DNA from: Blepharisma stoltei ATCC 30299
Lineage: Eukaryota; Protista; Ciliophora
Reading direction: 5' to 3'
Assembly (NCBI GenBank): GCA_965603825.1
Contig: CBFDEM010000024.1
Span: 310,001-374,000 of the forward strand
Length of the DNA: 64,000 nt
In this document: positions 48,806-59,800 of the stretch, piece after piece
Layout: every line of letters starts with the position of its first letter
Numbering within the stretch: the stretch's first letter is position 1
Position numbers and translations under genes: made by a program
Notes under the pieces: generated by a model
The model's database searches: none
Told to the model about the DNA's origin: nothing
What the model saw: the letters and a program-made list of their open reading frames with translations, nothing else

Positions 48806-49534
48806 TTATTTAAATTCTGAATTCTGTTGTATTTGAAAATCCATTCTGGCAAAGTTCGATAAATTCGTTCTGACCGAATTTATAATTAAAGAATGAGGTT
48901 GCTGAAAGCCACTAGGAGGACTTGATCCGATATCGTAAACATGCCCTGGTGCTTGCTCAACTTCTTTTTCTGTATTGACATCGCTGCTGTCTTCTTCCAT
49001 ATCTACATCACAATTTATTTTTTCTGATATTAGCATACTGATAATATCAGTTCCTGGCGGATATTCTCTGATAGCTTTTTTTACCATGCTTTTTCATCTA
49101 TTTTTCACGCTATTTTCTGTTCTGCCAGGAAGTCCTTTTGCTATCTCACTTCATCTATTTCCTATATCTCTTTGTTGTTGAAGTATATAAATGTCTTCTT
49201 CAGGGCTTCAATGACCTTTTTTAAGACTTGGATCAACGTGATTATATCATCTTTCACGACATTGTCTGCCCTGTCTTACACCTTTTCCTGAGTAAAGTAG
49301 TGAATTGATCTCTCTTGCTATTGCGCTTCATGCCTTTGGACCTTTTGCTTCAACAATTCTCAGGAGCATTTGGTCTTCGAGGTCATTCCAGCCTTGCTTT
49401 TTAGCAGACGGGTCTTCTTCAGAATCTTCTGAAGCTGGCTTAAGCAAAGGATGGAACTCATTTTGATTGTAATTTGCCATGCATGGAACGAGCCAGACAT
49501 CTCCTTCTAGATGGTAAATTTGAGGAATATTCAT
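48806..49534 (-). CDS. R2R3-Myb transcription factor, 242 aa, convergent paralog of 48131-48781
   Basis: WNDLED...W-SAIA...RQGRQCRERW-YNHVDP..KKGHW-SPEED...[23 protein letters not shown] (dashes follow TGA-encoded Trp). Confidence 0.93.
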
Positions 49535-49711
49535 TGGTTATTATTAGTTAAATGGCTTATACATTTAATTTAAAAGGAACAGGAAAGAAACCTTTTGAAA
49601 TTTTATTGCTAATTTATTGAAGCTTATCAAGAGATATGGACATAATTTGGAAATAATATAAAAGAATCAAAAGAAATAGCATGCAATAAAATTTAATTTA
49701 AGAGAAAAATA

Positions 49712-50450
49712 TTATTCATGAGTTAAAACTCTAATAAAAGTAGAAGACATGCTCTTAACGAACTCATCAAAAAGCCTTGGAAAAGCACTGTCTTCTTCGT
49801 TATAATCGTGAAGTCCATCTTTATGTTCGATCAAAAATACTGGAATGTGCTCCCATTCATCAATTTTTAAGTGTTCTGATTTTCTGTACATTTTTAAATA
49901 GACAAGGAATCTATTGGCAAGAGACCAAGGAAACAGCTCAATAAGAATCTCTAGAATGGGTATGGCTAGTTTTGTTTCTATTACCTTAGGATAATCTGAG
50001 CTTTTTTCAAAAATATATTTAAAAAATAGTCTCATATGTTTCTTACTATATAAAAAATACTCTTCTGAATATTCCCTAATCTTTTCTTGAATAGAATTTG
50101 CTAGGGCATCCCATGAGTTCAGTTCATTCCTAAATCAGTTTTACAGTTTACAATATTCAAAAAGCTCTGGCTGCGTGATCACAGCTAAAGTTTGGCATTT
50201 CAAAATGTAAGTGGTTAAAAACTCTTCGGCTGAGTCTTTTTTGATTTCGATTTTATCAAAAAATAGTCGAAGACTGTCATCATGAATTTTTGCTAAAATA
50301 TTCTTTACTTTCATCACCAAAATCTTGTCACATCACGTTAAATTCTGACTCAAAGTCAATTTCTGGCTCTTTTTCATTTGATAAAGTGTTGCTTTTTTCC
50401 AGAGTTTCTGCTTTTTGATGATTTTCCTTCTTCCCAATGCAATTTCCCAT
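49712..50450 (-). CDS. DCN1-like cullin-neddylation E3 (PONY domain), N-acylated, ~230 aa
   Basis: Starts MGNCIG. Introns 50293-50308 (16 nt), 50130-50144 and probably 50046-50060. PONY-like motifs LKIDEW, YNEEDSAFPRLFDEFV (D-A-D patch residues present) and LAVITQPEL. Confidence 0.82.
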
Positions 50451-50634
50451 AATGTTTTATTGATGATAATTTATTTATATCTATTGAATAATAAATATGA
50501 AACTATTGATCTGATAAATATTTTACCTCTATTGTTTTGCTGAAACAATTAAAATAACGGGAAAAAGCTTTAATTATAAATTTTTTAATCTTTTATAAGA
50601 ATTAGTTAGTAGAGCATAATATTAATTTACAGTT

Positions 50635-51000
50635 ATGGATCCTCAAACGTCTTTTCGTCTTCCACTTCTATTAAGGCAGAGCATGAAGCGTGCATCATTG
50701 TCTCCTAAAATTGTGGAAAGACTAAATAGAACGATTGCGTTCAAAGAAATCAATGAAACTGATCAAAGCTTCAGAGATACGAGGACAATCCAAGAATTAT
50801 CCCCACGAATTTGCATGAGACTTAATCCTGGATACAGGCAAGAGTATTCAATGGCAAGAAGTGAAATGAAGAATAGATTTAGAGACCATTCCAAAGGAAG
50901 AAATCACGCTGTTGATAAGTTTTTCCATAAGAAGAAGGATGAGATGGTGACTTATACTGAGAATTTCTTCAAAAATAAAATTTTGCATGGAAAGAGATAA
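50635..51000 (+). CDS. Hypothetical basic protein, 121 aa
   Basis: Intact ATG..TAA ORF with coding-like composition between AT-rich spacers. Confidence 0.65.
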   Translation: MDPQTSFRLPLLLRQSMKRASLSPKIVERLNRTIAFKEINETDQSFRDTRTIQELSPRICMRLNPGYRQEYSMARSEMKNRFRDHSKGRNHAVDKFFHKKKDEMVTYTENFFKNKILHGKR

Positions 51001-51398
51001 AAAAGCAACCATTAAGATTAATTAATTTTCAGATCTAAAATATTTTAAAATAATTTTTATGGTGCTTGAATCTCTAATTTTACTGTAATACGCATAGAAT
51101 TATTTCAAATTTAAATTAAGTCCTGAATGAAGAAATATGCTTTCAAGAGACCTTCCTAAGCTTTATTGCACTAATATATTCTGATTTTGTTAATTTCCTA
51201 ATTCTTAATCTTATGTCAAAATATCTGGAGCAATTGAAGCATAATTTTATGAGCAAAATATCAGTAGATTTAAAGGTTTAAAGATAGCAATTACTTTTGG
51301 AGCTGTATAATCAAAAATATCTGCCGTTTAAATCAATTTTTCCTAGTTATATTTATATCGCCGTTTATATTTCAATTAGAAAATCCCAATCTAATATA

Positions 51399-52345
51399 AT
51401 GTCAAGTTCAATATCCCATGTTACTAAATGTCTTGGAACAAGCCGCAACATCACTCATCTCTATAAAAAAGCAAGGGTAGACGAAAAGAAATCTTCTAGA
51501 TTTTCCCTCTCAACTGCATCTAATGATTCAGGCCGAGCTGTTCTTCTCTCAGGAATTTCCCCAAGCCACATTCCGCTCGAGCCTCCAAAGCAAAATCAGC
51601 TCCCACCTTTATGGGTTGACTCATATGACAAAGTAATAGAAGATTTAAAAACTCTCGAAGACAAATGTAAACTCTATTTAGTAAAACTATTAAAACAAGC
51701 CCAAACGAAAAGGCTTAAAATTACATTTGGAGATCCTAGCCAGGCTGAACGAGAAATCCTCATCCTATCTCAAGAAATAACCAAGGTAAACTCTTATTCA
51801 GCTAGTTAATGCGCGATTTAGATGGTTTTATTCACGATATTGTAAAATCATCAGGAACCAATAGCGATATCACTATTCGGAAGAATATTCAGCAGCAATT
51901 AGCTCAGAAATTACAAGAATTCACTCAGCATCATAAAACAATGCAAAGGGTTTATATGGAAAAATACCAACAACTTCAATCAGGAAGCTCAGTTCCTTTG
52001 CAAATGCCTGAAGAGGATGAAATTGAAGACGATTATGGAGATAACCTTGATCAAGTATACGAGATTTCCAAAGCAAGGGATGAAGGAATAAATGGGCTAG
52101 TAAACAACTTAAATGAGCTTGCTATGATTTTCAAGGATTTGAGCAATTTAGTAGTAAATCAAGGGACAATATTGGATCGAATCGACTATAATTTAGAACT
52201 AGCCTCAGATCATACAAAAAAAGGAGTTGTGCAGCTTCAAAAAGCAGAGAAACATCAAAGGTGCACAAGAGCAACAAGTTGCATTATGTTTTTGATAGTC
52301 ATGATAGTGCTGCTTGCGTTGGTTTTTATATTCAAAAACTTTTAA
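51399..52345 (+). CDS. STX16: Syntaxin-16/Tlg2 (Qa-SNARE), ~303 aa
   Basis: N-peptide SRNITHLY, LPPLWVD, SNARE motif QGTILDRIDYNLE and C-terminal TM. Introns 51667-51681 (15 nt) and 51786-51805 (20 nt needed to restore frame). Confidence 0.9.
51786..51805 (+). other. Atypical 20-nt intron with tandem 3' splice sites (AG ending at 51801 and at 51805)
   Basis: gtaaactcttattcag|ctag. Only the distal AG joins ...EITK to LMRDL... in frame. Confidence 0.7.
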
Positions 52346-52450
52346 TTATTATTTTATAAAGGATTCCATAAAGAAAAATGCCTTGCTAATATATAATTAT
52401 CTTGGTAAAAACACTAATTAAATTGAATCTAATACAGACAAACAAATATA

Positions 52451-53020
52451 TTAAAAATCCTTGAATTTATATGTCCCAAATCTTATTTGCTGCTTAACCG
52501 TTTGAAGCGATATCGGCATTGTAATTACACACTTATCATTCATTTCTTTTCGACTTTGCTGAAAATCATCACGAAGTAAATTGATCATTTTCAGATGCAT
52601 AAGCTTACTTTTGTCAACTCCTAATTTCTGGTAATTCTTCACTAATTTTGCTACGCTTTTATATTTATTATTTATCATACCGAGCTCTCGCTTCGAGATT
52701 TCAGCAGCTTTAATTGGGATTTTTGCTTTCTTTGCAATCAGAGAATAAAGTTTTTTAGTTGATGATGAAGATGGCCCACGATCTGAATTTGGGGTAAAGG
52801 TTCTTTTATATGATTCTATATTAAGTTTCAGTTTGCCTCTGAAAGGACTTTCTGGTGATTCCTTTTCTCATTTATCTTGTAAAGTTTGATTAACTTTGTT
52901 GGGATTAAGAGTTAAAAAATCATCATTTCATGTTACTGCATTAAAGAAACGCTTTTTTGGAGGTGTAGAGATTGATTTTAAGATAAAATCATTTATTACG
53001 TGATCTTCAATTTTCGCCAT
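52451..53020 (-). CDS. Hypothetical basic protein, 189 aa
   Basis: ATG 53020 (MAKIEDHV...) is in frame with track ORF 52451-52678 through two TGA=Trp. Confidence 0.7.
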
Positions 53021-53312
53021 TATAATACTTTTGTGTAACTGAGGTAACTCATTATCTTAAATTTCAGATGTCATAATGAAAAGATTATAATCCTTGCAAG
53101 GAAATAGATTAAGCGCATAATAAATTTTTGGGAATCAGTAATAAATGTGGAAAATGCTTATATTAATCGCCAATAAAAATATTTATTTATTAAATATGTA
53201 ATAAATGCACATAATCCTATCAATATTAATCTAAATCCTTTTTACTCAACTTTAATCCTCCATGCCTTTATCAACTTAAAATTACCTAAAATGTGGTGAA
53301 CAAATAATAAAT

Positions 53313-53837
53313 ATGTACCTGAGATCTCTCGTTCTCTTCGGACTTTTGGCAACATGCATGTCATCTCAAGTCTCTTATACTGAATTCTTCCAGTTAGGCA
53401 TGGTCAAGACCGGTGGGCAAAATGCCTACCAGTTTATGTCAGGATTTTTCTTTGGAATGCAAGCAAACGAAGGAAAGCCAGATCAATGCTACAAAGACTC
53501 TGCTCTTATTCTCGCAGATGGTGCAGCTGTTTATAACGACATTATTCAAATTGCAGCTGGAAACGCAACTGCGAATCAAACAATTTATACTGACGCAGAT
53601 AAACTTAGCGCTGACTTCGTTTCTCATATGCCAGACTGCAACGTGGCTGGATTAGTAGCAGCTGTCAAATCTTTAACCACTACCTCAGGTTTAACAAGCG
53701 CAATTTACAGGTGCATTGACAACGCAGGCTCACTTACAACAGATATTGGCTATATAAAGACCTGCTCCACTAACTATTATACTTGTGGAAAAGGTGTTGC
53801 TGAAATTGCTAAGGTTTTCCTGGGCTGGGGGATTTAA
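53313..53837 (+). CDS. Secreted Cys-containing protein, 174 aa
   Basis: Signal peptide MYLRSLVLFGLLATCMS, five Cys in the mature part, NAT/NQT sequons, no TM segment; visibly more C-ending codons than its neighbours. Confidence 0.85.
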   Translation: MYLRSLVLFGLLATCMSSQVSYTEFFQLGMVKTGGQNAYQFMSGFFFGMQANEGKPDQCYKDSALILADGAAVYNDIIQIAAGNATANQTIYTDADKLSADFVSHMPDCNVAGLVAAVKSLTTTSGLTSAIYRCIDNAGSLTTDIGYIKTCSTNYYTCGKGVAEIAKVFLGWGI

Positions 53838-53883
53838 GATAAATAATTCTTTATGAATACTTAAAAAAACATTAATTGGATTA

Positions 53884-56800
53884 CTAATATCTATTATGTC
53901 TTCGGGGATCATCATGCTTTTTTTGTGGGGACGGAGGCTTATAAGGCTGATTTTGCCTTGGATAATATTGATTTCCATATGGCGGCTGTTGAGCATACAT
54001 ATAATTTTGCGGAGGGTACACATATGAAGTAGGCCTCGGAACATATTGCTGGCTTAAAAATTGGTTGACATTTTGGACTCCAGGTGTTTGCTGCTTTTTT
54101 GACTCTTGCTCAACTTGTTGCCTGATGATGGAAATTAATTCAGTAATTTCTGATCCGTTTTCCCTTATGTTAGAAATCGCATCTTGCAAATTATTCAAAA
54201 TCTGTGGATTGCTACCTGACCCAGCTGATATTGCAGAAATTGCATCTTGGAGGGCTTTTGGAATATTTTCGCTAACTTGCAGATCTTGATTTTCTTCTTC
54301 TGAAGTTATTGGCGACATTTCTTGCTCTTTTTCAGGCAAGTCATCGACCTCAGGAACAGAATTTGGGTCAGTTTGAGCAATTACTTCAGGGTTCAGCATA
54401 AGAGCTCCACTGCTTGCAGCTGATTTTTTGAAAAATAAAATGCAGCCAATTTTTTCTTTTGTGGACACAAAGGGAACTACAGCTGGGCTCAATTTTTGGT
54501 TGATATTTATATGGATTGAAGCAAGAAATGCTTTGAAGGACTCATTCAATGATGATAGATACATCGTTAAAGAGCTGTCAATTCTTATTACAGCTGCACG
54601 TCCTTTATCTGTTAAATCCCTCACTAATTCTCCAAATTCTTTTTCAGAGCCTTCAGCTGGCTCAATCCAGGCTGTAGTTATAGCTTTTGTGACTGGCCCT
54701 GACGAGTTTTGAGATACATAAATTTCAAGCTCATCTTGTTTGGTCCTGCCCTGAATTGAAATTTTATTGCCAAACTGAGGCATTTTTTGGAAAGAGTCAA
54801 TAGTGTCAACAGAATTCATATTCACATTAATAAAATGCTTCCCGTACTCTAACTTTCCAGTCCACACCTTTAGCAAGCTGCCTGCGGGAGCTTTATTTTT
54901 AACTGCGTTTGAAGAATAAGGATCAAAAAGCTTGTTTTTTTTCTTTATTTTCCGCTTTGCACTATAATCAACTTTTTGAGCAAAATCAAAGACGTTATAC
55001 TCTTCTTGCTGATTAGTCCCATATACATCTTCATCATATAGAGGTCGTGATAAATTTGGATCGGCTGGCTGAGGCTCTCCTACAAGCTCTTCATCACTGC
55101 TGAATTTTCCTTCTTGATAAATTTCTTCGTATTTTGATCTTTTAGTAATATATTCTTCTTCAAAATCTTCTGGGACACGCTTTTTAGGAACGATTTCATG
55201 ACTATTAGGCTTCGTAGAGCCATTAAGCTCAGCCTTTGATTTATTATGCTCTTTCCATTCTTCATTAGGAATACTTTCTGTTGCCATAGCAGAAGAGTCT
55301 GGTGGAACATTTGAATTTTTTGCTTTTTCAATAAATTCCTTATGAGATTCTTGCTTAGGCTCCAGGGTGTCATATTTCTTTTTATAAGCTTCAACTTCAT
55401 GGATTAAATTGCTGACAGAAAATTCGCTTGGCTTGGGTTTTTGTATAGGCAAAGGCTCAGGAATTTGGGGAGAAATTTTAGGCTTTGCTTCTTTGAGTGG
55501 GACGCTAAGGACTTTTTCTTTTTTCTGGTGAGATTTTGCTTCCTTTATGAGACTTTGGATTTTTGCTTTCGAGGAACCGCTTTGAGTAGGTATGATTGGC
55601 TCAATTCTTGTTATAGGGCTATTTTGCTGTACAGGAGAAGCCGTCTGCTCTATTTTCTGCTTTTTAACTGGCTTAGATCTATCAGGCTGATTAAGTTTAT
55701 CTTTACTGATTGTCAGTGTTACAAGTGGCACCCCATCAAAAATTCTTTTAATAACTTTTGGCTCTTTCAACTCTTTTGGTTCTATATAAGTAAGCTGGTC
55801 TGGCTTTATTTCCCCTTCTAATAGCTTTAGGGAAAATCCTTCATAATTTTGAAGCCTTCTTATAATTCTCAAAATGTTTTCAATAGCCTTTTTATATCTC
55901 CCTTCTTGAGAATAGGCCCTAAATGCAATTTCTTCAATTTTTGTTGCAATTCGATTCATTTTTTCTTCCTTATTATCCCACACAAAGTTAATGTCGCTCA
56001 TGATTTTTTGTAAAATTTCTTTTACATTATTTTTCCTGACAAATTCAATGTCTTGAACTTCCTCATTTGGTCTTTTGCTCGGAATTAAATCGCCTTCTGC
56101 ATTATCTGCTTTTCCTCCTCCACTTAAATTTATTCTTGTTTTATGCTCTATAATAGAATGTGCTAAATCAAAAGGCAATTTTTCTGTTTCATTTTCAATT
56201 TCTATGATTTCTTCAAGCGTTCGGCAGCAGGACAGTCTTTCCTTGAACTTTTCTCCTTTATTTATTAAATTTTCTAGCTTGTCAAGATCTGCAAATAAGC
56301 TTGGCTCTTTCATTTGTTTGCCTTCATTAAACCATCCAACTAGAATAGAAAAATTGACTTTGTGGATTTGAGCAAGTTTTACTTTGAGTTTCCAGATTTT
56401 AACTCTAATGACTTTTTCGTCTTGCCCCATATGGATTTTTAAGCTTGTTAGTCTCCCGCTGATTGAATTTAATTGGTCAAGAGTGACATTTTGGCTATCT
56501 AAAATGCTGGCTGCTTCAGATAGAATCTGCTTTCCATAATCTAATTCAGCTATAATATCTTCTGCATCTTCTATTCTGGCATCAGCATGCTTATAATCAT
56601 TCAAAAACTGCTCAACTTTTGTCCTTTCAATTTTATTTTTGCCTGAATACTCTTTAAGTATTTTCATCCTTGTAGCAAGGGTTGCAGTCTTCTCAATTAT
56701 GGACTTGAGCTGAGATGAAATTTCTGGCATAGACACAGGGATTTTCATCAAATCATTTTGCAGTTCTTTAAATTCTTGGACGAACACTTTGTTTTGTATC

Positions 56801-59800
56801 ATGCTTTTGAACTTTTCATCAAAATTTTTACACTGTTCAATCAGATCTTTCACATAAGCCTCTTGAGAAATACTTATTTTGCAATTTACTACCTGCTCAT
56901 ATAACAGCTCTAGTTCTTCAAGGTTAATTGGTTTTATTTCTGCAGCTGGATCAAAGCTCTTAATCTTTTCGACGTCTTCTTCAATTTGGATTCTCAGCGA
57001 CTGCTGCCTTCTTAGCCTGTCAAGTGTAAATGCGTCTAAATACTCTTTATTTAAATATTCTATCGAAGCAAATAAGTCGTCTCATTCTTCCTGAGGGATT
57101 TTTCCTTTCTGCTGGAGAATTCTTTGCCCTGAAAAGTTTCACTCATAGCTGCACAACTTTTTTCCATAGTCGTCAGTTTCTATATAGACTTCAAAACAAT
57201 ACTCTTTAACTATTTTATAAAACTCTTCAAATGCTGCTGTTTTTCTGAATTCATCGTATTTTTTCTTACAGGCTGCTAATAAATTTTCATAAGGGTGCTT
57301 TTCAAAAAAGTGGCGCTCCTCACCCAATCATTTTTCAAGTTTGGTTAAATCTGATTCCATTATGGAAACTTCTTCTTTACAGCAGGTTCTTAAATTTTTG
57401 GCAAGCTGAAGAAGCTCTTTTAACTGCTGAGAATTTGGCTTTGGTTTGTCTCTTAGATTTTTTAAATAATGCTGAATGTTCAAGCTTTGGCTGCTAAAAA
57501 GTTTTCTAGCTGAAAAATAAAATGTGTATTTATAAAGCCATTGCTCATAGGCAAAAATCTCTTCTGTAAGCATTTTCAATGCTGGGACGTCATTAGGGAT
57601 TCCCATTGAAATTGCTTCTTGATTAGCTTCATACAATCTGTCAATTGAAGGCTTTGAGTTACCTTTAAAAATTTTATCAGTACTCAAGCACCAATCTATT
57701 CATTTATCTCATAAAAGAAGTTTATTGTACTTTTCAGGTATAATAATGCCATGTTTTTCAAGTCTATCTTTATATAAATTGATATTTCTCTGCAACTCAG
57801 TCATGCTTTCTGAAATTATTGCACTGACGTCTTGTTCTGATAGACTATCGAAATATTTCAGCGCTTCTTCAACTTCTTCCATAATTCCATTGAATATAGC
57901 TAATGATTGAGGGTGGTAATTTTTTAGGAGTTTAGCTTTTTGTGATAAGTCTTGGAGCTGCTCAACTGTAATTTCATCGCACATTTCGAATCTTTGAAAC
58001 TCCAATTCCCACAGTCTGAAGGCTAAATCTTCAAGCATCTTTTCAGCTTGTGGATCTATGCAGCCAATTTTTATACCTCTGTTTACTATATTCCTAAGGA
58101 CTTCGATTTCACTTGTCTTTTTTCTTTTGTTTGAAGAGTCTTGGCTTTCTAGTTCATTCAAGGCTTCTCTGGTTTGCTCCATCCATTTGAGTGATTTGAT
58201 TTTATCTTCTAGCATTTGTTTTTCTTCTAGCAAATCTGTCCTTGCATTTTTTATTTCATCAAGGACTTTGGAGTATTCAGAGTTTGGATCGGTAAAGCTC
58301 CCTTCAAGTGTTTCCTTGACTTTTGCTTTTAATTCTTGTGCGCACTGCAATTTATTTTGTACAGCTACAATAAACTCGTCATCAGCTCCGTATTTTTCTG
58401 CATCTTGCAGAAGTATGACTAGATCTTCTTCTTTATGCTTCTTATGCAAAATTTCGCTTATTTTTTTGTTAATTCCTGCCCTTTTCTCTAGTACATCATA
58501 CTCTGGGAAATGGCAAATAATTGATTTCCCTTCCCTGAGTAGATGATTAAGTCTTTGAGGTGTAACTTTTGTCACAATAGCCGCCTGTGCATTAGTCTGC
58601 CATATGCAAGCTTCATTTACTTTAATTAGCAGCTGAGTTGTGATTTCTTTTACGTTGATTTTTGAATCAATCTGGGTTTCTCCATATCTTATGTGTTGCT
58701 TAATTTCCTCATATGATGGGGGTGCTTTATTTTCGCTCCCATTGGTATAGCTCTCTGTTTTGGAATTCCAGTCAGAAAAAAGAGTCCAAACTTCTTTAGC
58801 TTTAAGCATATAAGGAGTTTGAATAGTCAGTAGCGACATATCTTCTATTAGTCGCTGAAGTTCTTGAGCATTGTAAGGCATTTCCAAGTGAGAAAACTTT
58901 TTATCTCAGGCTTCTGCTGCTGATAATTCTTCTTTGATTATTTTTATTTCAGCTGGAAGCTGGAATGGCAATTGTTTTGCTTTATCTAAACAGCAATTTA
59001 CGTCTAAAACTGTCAATTTATCTTCTAAGGAACTTGTTTGGCTTTTTGCTAATGACTCTCTTATTGTGTTAAATCAATCATTACATTCTTCAATTAATAA
59101 GTGTAATTGATGGACTAAATTATGATTTGGCATAATATTAAGCATTTCATCATATAGAGCTTTAGCAGAACTCAGAGTAAACTCATGCGAGCTTTGCACC
59201 ATGGTTTTAATTTTTTTTAAATTCTCATATTTGCGCAATTTCACTGCCAAGTTATTGAAATCCGGAATGTTTAGTCCTATTGATTTAGATTCATCAATAA
59301 TTCCTTTGACTTGAATCGCTTCCTCATCTGTTAGCTCTCTTTCAATTCCAAAATTAAAATCCTTTAATTTTGAAGTTAAAAATCTAATTTTATTCGATTT
59401 TTCTTTAAGATCAGCGATTTCCTGTATATAAAAAGGAAGATTCTTTGTCATTTCTATAATTTCATCGAAATTTTCATTGCTTAATTTTCCTTCAGAAAAT
59501 TCTAGAGCTCTCTTATAGGCTAAATTAGCAATAAGCAATCAATCTCCCAAATTTAAATTCACAAGGCAATTAGGCATTTTTATAGTAACTTTTGTCCCCG
59601 TGACGATTTCCTTTACCAGCTTTTTCTTAACCTTGGATCATTGGTCACAAAATTTACAGATATAGTCCTCAATAGTTTTTCCTAATGTTTCAGGGATCCC
59701 TACACAATCTCCATGGTATAATGTGCAACATATATCGCAGCGTATCATATATTTAGTGCCTTCTAGGTATCTTTTCCCACAAAAGCAGTGTATTTCTTGG

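Noticed and set aside
53313-53837. Identification as the Blepharisma mating pheromone gamone 1
   Set aside because: It is shorter than I recall for the gamone 1 precursor and I cannot recognise sequence similarity; left as an unknown secreted protein.
58986-59001. Possible 16-nt intron gtaaattgctgtttag (- strand) in the large PHD/SPOC gene
   Set aside because: It lacks the -6 A, and removing it would break an otherwise open frame.
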